Source: Ginkgo biloba
Lineage: Eukaryota; Plantae; Ginkgophyta
Reading direction: 5' to 3'
Length of the DNA: 18,680 bases
NCBI GenBank assembly: GCA_024626585.2
Contig: JANKJI020000002.1
Span: forward strand, 261,421,835 to 261,440,514
Shown one piece after another: positions 11,436-18,680 of this stretch; position 1 is the stretch's first letter, and every line of letters begins with the position of its first letter. A program made the position numbers and the translations under genes. The notes under the pieces were generated by a model. That model ran no database searches. It was not told where the DNA came from and saw nothing but the letters and a program-made list of their open reading frames with translations.

Positions 11436-11581
11436 CCCTACACGAGCATCCAGTGTAGCATTGGGATTGTTTGGTCGTCTACCAGAACGGTAACCAAGAA
11501 TGGTGGGCAAATTATTTAGGACTGACTGCAAAAGAATATCAATTGCAGCTACCCCAATGAGATGGCCTTTTGAATTAACAA
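11436..11581 (-). CDS. Internal exon of the same gene: Cache domain final beta-strands and linker (missed by the ORF track)
   Basis: Acceptor gaactgcag|TT at 11581, donor GTAGGG|gtaagc at 11436/11435. 146 nt completes the phase-1 split codon and ends in phase 0. Translation (V)VNSKGHLIGVAAIDILLQSVLNNLPTILGYRSGRRPNNPNATLDARVG contains the typical Cache GxLxGVxxxD(I/V) motif. The preceding intron is 94 nt (11582-11675). Confidence 0.88.
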
Positions 11582-11675
11582 CTGCAGTTCAAAACACGGA
11601 TCTGGTTAGAAGACTGAACATATTCCTGATAATGGATTTTGGAAATAGAATTTAAAATGAATTGCTTTCTATTAC

Positions 11676-12000
11676 CTTGATATGATACAGTAATGATGTT
11701 TCCAAGTTCACCATAATTCACATAATACTTAGTCCAATATGGTGTATCTTCTGAAGCGTTGCGTGCAAGTGCCATGAAATTGAAGTAGCTGCTTATTTGA
11801 TACAAAGGATTGTCAAAATTTGCATTTAAAATTTCAAAGTACCCACCCGCTTCTGTGGCAAGAAGTTTCAACATATCAGACTTATCAAAGCTATATGTAA
11901 AAAGCCTCGCGGACTGATTTTTAATCATTCCAGAGACGTGCTCTACATCTTCTGCCTGAAGCTGTGTTGCAAACCCACCACTTGTAAACAGCAATATGAC
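11676..12000 (-). CDS. Internal exon of an alpha2-delta/CACHD1-like VWA-dCache_1 membrane protein: C-terminal half of the VWA domain and start of the post-VWA Cache segment
   Basis: Acceptor tgtattatag|GTC at 12000; the TAG is an in-frame stop, which fixes the border. Donor CAAG|gtaat at 11676/11675. 325 nt = 108 codons + 1 nt. Translation VILLFTSGG...ARLFTYSF...LKLLATEAGGYFEI...SYFNFMAL...YWTKYYVNYGELGNIITVSYQ parallels alpha2delta-1 IIMLFTDGG...VRVFTFSV...IQWMACENKGYYYEI...EYLDVLGR...[21 protein letters not shown] (reference recalled, aligned by eye). Confidence 0.88.
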
Positions 12001-13665
12001 CTATAATACAACAGAAATAAGAAATTGCATGAGGAATAGTTCCAAAAACCTGCACACTCGTTGTGGTGTCTTCTTTCAACATGTCATGACAAATACCAGA
12101 CTATTTTTTAATTTCCTATTAATAAAAAGAATGCTTGCAAAATTATCCTGCTGCTGCTTTAGTGAACCTTAGGGTATGACTATTCAAATCAACCATAAAC
12201 ATTAACATACGTCATCTACCACAATAATTTATCCATGCCTTTACGAAATATATCACAAGATAGTCACGATAATAGATCCCAAAGGGATTCTTTGAGTTCA
12301 CGAGTTCATAAAGAGACCTCCACAAGTCCACAAATGATCCACAACTCTACAAAGATTCCGAATTCAGAGTGATGATCACAAGTAAAACTCTTTTTGATTG
12401 CAAGTATATTTAAATCGCAAAATTCAGAGGATAAATAATTAAAAAGAGTAGACTGGACAATGGCTTGCATCCAACATTAGTCAAAATCTCTTGTTATATC
12501 ATGTAGGTGTTTTACCTAACCAATTTACCCATACAACCAAGAAGAATTACTTGACTAGATGAAACTCGGATTACTCAGCAACGCAATGGTACCCTAATTC
12601 CACTATAACAACTTTTATGTGTGAACCAAAATTTTACTAATTACCACTATTGAATTCAATTACTAAGACTCTAAAGACTAATGAAGAAAAAACCCCAACT
12701 TGTATTTCACAGTATAGACTATATCCAAGACAAAAGACAGATAGTGAAGAAGATGAACAACTAAGGCGAGAACCAATAACACCAGAGGCTATAGTCAGTA
12801 TTCCCTAAATCAGTTGCTTCTGATTGCATTGACTGTTCCAACAATTAAGAGTCTTAGTCTTTTGCTTCCTCCTCCATTGTGTTACCCGAGTTGTGGGGAG
12901 TTGCTTTGGGACTGGGACTTCTTTCTTTTATCCTTAGAGCCAAGTTAGGCTGAGCAACACTGTCTTCCACTATCATTAGGTTCTTAGCATGCTTAGTCTA
13001 TATGTCACCTTCCTCCAACACAGTGGATCAAATTTGATCTTGTGGCATGTCTTGTATTGTGCTTGTGCCCTTTAAAAACTAAGAATTACTGCCTATTCAT
13101 GAATTAGTCCCCAATTCTACAATTCAATTCATAGAGGCAACAGTCAACACGTCTAATCTCCTTTCTTTGGTTGAGAAAGGCTTGATGAACTCTCATGAAC
13201 AAGTGCATTTGAATGAGCCGGCACAGTGTGTCAACTCGTAGCATTTAAGTTACCACCTTGTTGACTTGGAAAATGAATTCAATGATAAAATGTTCTACGC
13301 CCAAAACCAATACTTTTGTGTACTCAAGCATTGTTGTGTCTAACAATCTCCCTTCTTACTGATCTGTTTCTGGATCCAAAGGAACAACGAATGGCAATAA
13401 AGGATGGATGGAGTCAGAACAAGTGAGATATTTGTGTATGAGATGCAAGTCAATCGCAAGGCATAGGTTTTGTCGGTCAACAATGGGAAAAACGGTGTCA
13501 CTATTGGTATTTCAAGAGACCAGGTGTCGTAGATTTGTGTAATGTTTAAAACGAGGAACGTTCAACAAAAGCCCAAAGTTAGAAGTGAACTAAAATCCTT
13601 GTGAACTTGTTGGAAACTTGGTGGCTTAAGTGAAGTCCAACAACCAACTAATGCTGGAGTATGAA

Positions 13666-13797
13666 AGTTCGTCATTGTCAGTGAATGGTGCAAAGCCAAG
13701 TTCATCGTTGTCAACGAATGGTGCAAAGACAAGCCTGTCGTTGTTGGCGAAAGGTGCAAAGATGAATTCATCATTGTTAGCGGATGGAGTAAAGACA
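13666..13797. repeat. 33-bp minisatellite, 4 diverged copies
   Basis: ggtgcaaag/ggagtaaag at 13687, 13720, 13753 and 13786 (exact 33-bp period). The + frame reads SSSLSVNGAKP SSSLSTNGAKT SLSLLAKGAKM NSSLLADGVKT. Confidence 0.9.
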
Positions 13798-15249
13798 GGT
13801 TCGGGTGTCAGAGAGTTAAGTGACGCTGCACCTTCTCAAAAGTTTCGAAGTGGTAGACCCAACAAGGATTGAAATACGGTTATATCAGGACTCGAGGAAA
13901 CTAAAGGAGCGTTATGCGACACTTATTGGACAGACCAACATCAAACATCACATCTCTAAATGACAAAACCCCAAACTTGTACCTTCCAAGAGAGGGTCCC
14001 ATGGTGACCGAGGAAATAAGGCAGATGGTTACCAACGGTTCAACTACTCTGAGCGGTTACGGTAACTGAAGCGACACTCGAGAAAAAAGAAGATAGACAG
14101 AGAGGACACTCTGATGAAGACAGGGCCTTGATGGAACAAAGGGAGAAATAATTGTGGAAGAAAAAGGCTCTCACTCAGACAAAGAGGACATTCTGACGAC
14201 AACAGGGAGAGGAATCGCAAAGAGTTGAGAGAGGCGAAGACACTAAACGAAGGTTCTGTTATAGGATGGTTCAACTGCTCTAGGCAATTTGAGTAACTGA
14301 ACAAACGGACATAACAAAGGGGGAACAATTTGCTTGTGTAGGGGGATGGACTCACACACTCACACTGACAAGAAGAGAAGGATTTCACACTCAAAGAAGA
14401 GACTGTGAGAGGGATCTCACCCCAATAGCAAGCAGAGAGCGANNNNNNNNNNNNNNNNNNNNNNNNNNNNNNNNNNNNNNNNNNNNNNNNNNNNNNNNNN
14501 NNNNNNNNNNNNNNNNNNNNNNNNNNNNNNNNNNNNNNNNNNNNNNNNNNNNNNNNNNNNNNNNNNNNNNNNNNNNNNNNNNNNNNNNNNNNNNNNNNNN
14601 NNNNNNNNNNNNNNNNNNNNNNNNNNNNNNNNNNNNNNNNNNNNNNNNNNNNNNNNNNNNNNNNNNNNNNNNNNNNNNNNNNNNNNNNNNNNNNNNNNNN
14701 NNNNNNNNNNNNNNNNNNNNNNNNNNNNNNNNNNNNNNNNNNNNNNNNNNNNNNNNNNNNNNNNNNNNNNNNNNNNNNNNNNNNNNNNNNNNNNNNNNNN
14801 NNNNNNNNNNNNNNNNNNNNNNNNNNNNNNNNNTATGATTTTAGACACAGGAATGTTTCTTTAAAGAATCTATAGTTAGTAACATTGGGAGATTTTGACT
14901 CACCCACTGAGATACGGATCACTTGCTTATATTGATTTGCTGCACCCAAGACTCTCATCACTTGCAAGAACATATTCAACTCCCTTGCTTTCTAATCAAT
15001 TATCTTCCTTAACTTATATATCTTTCTTTCTACACGGTATTAATCATACGCACTTATCAATACTCTGAAGTAGGTGAGAAATGTCAGGGCCCAATCCATA
15101 CTATTAAGACTTATAGTAACTAAGTATTTGTTGTTGTGACTATGAATAGCTATGCAATTTCGGCTTATCATTACCCTTTATAGGTGATGTATCCTTGATG
15201 AGGTACACTAAAGGTGTGACTTTTAGTTATGCAAAAGCATCTAAACAAG

Positions 15250-15890
15250 CTCAAGGATGCACCGTTGTATTGTTAAGTTTGCACAATAAACTCTTTCTTC
15301 TTGCTAAATCCCAAGCCTGAAACTAATTTTTTGCACTAAAGGGAAAAGGCATGGCATCCTGCATTGTGTAGCAACTTTACCTACCTGCATCATGGACTTT
15401 CCTAAAGGTAGTGTAGTATATTTTTCCTACAACCTGATAGCCCAAAGAGAATCTTCCAAACACGTGCAAAATCTCGCATGTGGACCGATGCTACAACCTG
15501 ATAGAATCTTAAATAACCTTCATATGCACACATAGTTTCCCAAATCCTCATATAGGATTCCTCATGGTCATATCCCTTACAATAATCAACCCCATGGGAC
15601 CACATTCTATGCCCCCCCTATTGCCTAATGACATATCACTTTGTTCCCTGGCAAATAAATACTTAAGGGCCTCCACAAAAATAACAAAAAGTAAGGGAAC
15701 TAAAGGAGAACCTTCTCAATTAGACATCTATATGGGGATTACCTAGGAGAGTGCCCATCACTCTTACTAAAGCATGAGACAAGAGTGCCTAAACTATATT
15801 ACAAAAATAATTCTTGAATCCCACTCTTTATAGAATGAAGAATATGAAATTTAACTAAACCTTGTCATATGCCTTCTTAAAATTCTTTTG
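15250..15890 (-). mobile_element. Degenerate LINE (L1-like) reverse transcriptase fragment
   Basis: Minus strand NFKKAYDKV (~15859-15885) matches the D(F)xKAYDxV RT motif. *EGSPLVPLLFVIFVEAL (~15666-15720) matches RQGCPLSPLLFxIxxEAL, in the right order and at plausible spacing. Interrupted by stops; the lower boundary is approximate. Confidence 0.8.
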
Positions 15891-16804
15891 AAAAAAAAGA
15901 GATTTTGAAAGTAATATTAATGGTATGTATGATTATTGTTATATTAATGGCTATATTCCAAATGCAATGGATTTAAAATAAAAATGTATTAGAAAGATTC
16001 TTTAGTGGATTACATGGTGAAAATAAGTAGCTANNNNNNNNNNNNNNNNNNNNNNNNNNNNNNNNNNNNNNNNNNNNNNNNNNNNNNNNNNNNNNNNNNN
16101 NNNNNNNNNNNNNNNNNNNNNNNNNNNNNNNNNGTATATGCCCTAGAAATCTCAACACAAGATCCATAAGAGTTTTGAGGCCATTTTGAGGAGGCAAATG
16201 TAATTGCAACATTTATGGCATCAAACTCACAAAAACTATTTACATATTTGGAAATTTCAAATTCTTCTACTCAAATCCCATCTAAGGAGCATCAAAATTG
16301 TCTACTATATTATCCTATAAGCACTCCTGGAAAACAATGCAATTTTTGGAGTGAATTTTAGGATTTCCACTAATGTGCGATAGAAACTGGGTTATTCTTA
16401 CCATTTATTTTATTTTTATAAAATATTTTTGCACTACCAGAAAGCTCAGTCTATGATATTCAAAATTATAAAAATCACCAACCTCATTTGGATTTTAGAA
16501 GCTCTTGTGGCATTGGAAACAATTTGGTTGCTATTTTAAGGCCTAATTTTAGAGTTCAAACTGATAAAATTTTATGAAGCAATCAACATTTGTAGATATT
16601 TTTTCATATTTGGGTAGATCAGATTCTGTTATTCAATTTTTATTTAAAGAACTTCAAATTTGGTTGGCCAATGACTCTATAGAAACTTCTCAACGATACT
16701 TTTGAGCCATTTTTTTCAAAAGGGTGATTTTAACAGTGGAACTAGTTAGTGTTGGAAACAAATTCACAAAATAATGGAGGGAATTCGTATGTTAAAGATT
16801 ATGT

Positions 16805-17230
16805 ATGGAAGATGAATATGTATGCAGTGTTGAATGGCTAATTATGTTAGAGGATTGCTTTGTCATTCATCCTATGACAGATGAAGAAAAAATTGAATTT
16901 TTTAATCTTCATATGGGAGGCTATAGTGGTAAGGACACATACAAATGGTTTACAAGGTGGAAGCAATGTGAGAGTACATATTCCCACTATGTTTTTCTAA
17001 TTAAAAATATGTTTTTCTAATTAATGGGGAGAGTACATATTTCCACTAAAAAAAGAACATTAGAGGATTACCATCATATGTTCCATATGTTAAAAGATAT
17101 AACATCAATAATATAGGAGGACATGTTGGATCTATATAGGGATGGCCTTGAGAATATTATAATGATTACAAAATTGACATTATCACTTCGAGAAAATTTG
17201 CCAAAAGCAATTAGAATGTCAATTGAACAA
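16805..17230 (+). mobile_element. Degenerate Ty3/gypsy gag-like fragment
   Basis: EWLIMLEDCFVIHPMTDEEKIEFFNLHMGG...YKWF fits the gag pattern W+..+E..F......EEK+.+..+H+.G.A..W. Disrupted by a local duplication at ~16970-17050. Confidence 0.6.
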
Positions 17231-17256
17231 ATTTTGGTTGTTGTTGGACAAAGGAA

Positions 17257-17440
17257 CCGACGAACATCGGAGTTACCTTAGACCGACACCGACATGCATC
17301 ATTCCACCGACGAATGTCGAAGTTGCCTTTGGTCGACACCAACACGAGTCGTTCTATCGATGAATGTCGGAGTAGTCTTCACTAACATGACATGAGTGAT
17401 CCTTGGACGACATCAATAGAGGTTCATTACGAACACCGAT
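17257..17440. repeat. 50-bp CpG-rich minisatellite, at least 3 copies, running into an N-run
   Basis: ccgacgaacatcggagtt / ccgacgaatgtcgaagtt / tcgatgaatgtcggagta start at 17257, 17307 and 17357. Confidence 0.85.
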
Positions 17441-18523
17441 NNNNNNNNNNNNNNNNNNNNNNNNNNNNNNNNNNNNNNNNNNNNNNNNNNNNNNNNNNNN
17501 NNNNNNNNNNNNNNNNNNNNNNNNNNNNNNNNNNNNNNNNAGAAACCCTGGTTATAATTCATAATTTCCTTTGTGCAAAATGAAAAATCAAACCCTCATT
17601 TCGTAAGGGAGACGTAAGAGGTAGAACTGTCAATAGAAATCAGTTTTAAACACCTGATGAAGAAAATAAAAAAAATGGGTGAGATAAAAACGTTGGAAGA
17701 GAATCGCGTGCATACATGCAGAGATTGTAGGCTATGGGCCGTTTGTTACACAGAGAAANNNNNNNNNNNNNNNNNNNNNNNNNNNNNNNAAGTTAAATCA
17801 CCGTAAGGCTGTGAGCATCCGTTGGAGGAACTAGAGGCGTAGAGAGAGGGAACTATCTACTACTGGGAGACGTGAACCAGTTGCATAGAGGGAAATCACC
17901 TAAAGAACCATAGGAGAAATGTCGTGAAAGGCTGCAGAGAAGTTTCACGACCCAGAGATGCACAAAGCAGAGAAGTTTTTAGGCACAACAAAGGTGCGCC
18001 AAAGGTTCAGGGGAAAAGAACTACATTGTGTGTAGAGAGGAAGAATAATGCGCAAGTAGATGCCTCACCACCGGGAAGAACAAGTGCTATGAGCACAAAC
18101 CCATGGAAAACTTTGTGTGCAGGTGCACACAGAAGAAGAAATCACCGCGCAGAGAAGCCAAATACGTTGAAAATTGGGAGATTTCGTAGAAAAGTTCTGC
18201 GCAGGTCAAAATCCACGCCGCGATTCAAAAAATCAAAAATTCTATGTGCAGCACTGAAATCGAGCGCCCGATAAAATGATTTGGAATATTCTTGGAAATA
18301 TTTATTTTTTAATTTGACCCCTTTTGTAATGTTTTATTAAAAACTCAATTGTTAGTGTAAAATGGGGCTTTTTTTTATCTTAAAAATTTTAGAAAAATTC
18401 TAAAAAAAAATTTCTAAGAGTTTTTACACCCTTTTGCAGTTCAAAAAGCAAAAAGAAACACATAAAGCATGTTTTTTCACTTTTTTAATATCCATTTGGT
18501 GAATTTGTTTACTTCTTTGCATC

Positions 18524-18680
18524 ATGGCTGCAAATCTTGTAAATGCTCTTACAGAGAAATTAATTGGTACTGAAAATTTTAGTACTTGGAAGCACTAGAT
18601 CAAAATTTTAATGTTATTAAATGATCCATGGGGCTAGATTGATGTAACCACCATTAGACATGCAACTGACACAACAACTC
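18524..18680 (+). mobile_element. Ty1/copia gag N-terminus, pseudogenised; ~17540-18520 is probably its 5' leader
   Basis: ATG at 18524: MAANLVNALTEKLIGTENFSTWKH*IKILMLLNDPWG*IDV matches the copia gag KLxGxxN(F/Y)xxWK...LL...DLW motif, with two in-frame stops. Confidence 0.8.

Larger units (their letters stand above)
12001..18680 (-). other. Probable long TE-filled intron (at least 6.7 kb) of the VWA-Cache gene
   Basis: The exon at 12000 starts mid-VWA domain at a splice acceptor. No convincing upstream exon was found before the window end, and the region holds LINE, gypsy and copia remnants. An exon hidden in an N-run, or loss of the 5' part of the gene, cannot be excluded. Confidence 0.55.

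Noticed and set aside
11575-11675. ORF-track C-terminus GNRKQFILNSISK...NCSC of the 139-aa ORF
   Set aside because: This is read-through into a 94-nt GT-AG intron. Splicing restores the Cache GVAAID motif.
12097-12147. Possible 51-nt upstream mini-exon (cag|DNFASILFINRKLKNSL|gtattt), phase-compatible with the exon at 12000
   Set aside because: There is no pyrimidine-rich acceptor tract and no clear resemblance to the VWA helix expected there. It cannot be supported without RNA-seq.
17924-18274. 116-aa basic ORF
   Set aside because: GTG start, low-complexity purine-rich sequence, and location in the presumed copia 5' leader; no domain recognised.

Overview
AT-rich eukaryotic genomic DNA from a draft scaffold with many N-runs. 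It looks like a large, TE-rich plant genome, plausibly a gymnosperm (inference from the decayed Ty3/Ty1/LINE remnants and long TE-filled introns). The only convincing cellular gene is on the minus strand: three terminal exons (12000-11676, 11581-11436, 11159-10869) that splice with canonical GT-AG borders and consistent phases into a 253-aa C-terminal fragment. This fragment reads as the end of a VWA domain, the C-terminal half of a dCache_1 domain, a 6-Cys module, a Ser/Pro stalk, one TM helix and an ~18-aa tail. It aligns by eye to the VWA/Cache region of animal voltage-gated Ca2+ channel alpha2-delta subunits and CACHD1, but is much shorter and shaped like a plant receptor-like protein. No 5' exons are recognisable in the window. 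The rest is degenerate retroelement sequence (Ty3/gypsy gag and gag-protease, Ty1/copia gag, LINE RT), a tRNA-Glu-derived SINE-like element, a 42-bp-arm hairpin, a five-copy ~150-bp tandem array, and 33-bp and 50-bp minisatellites.
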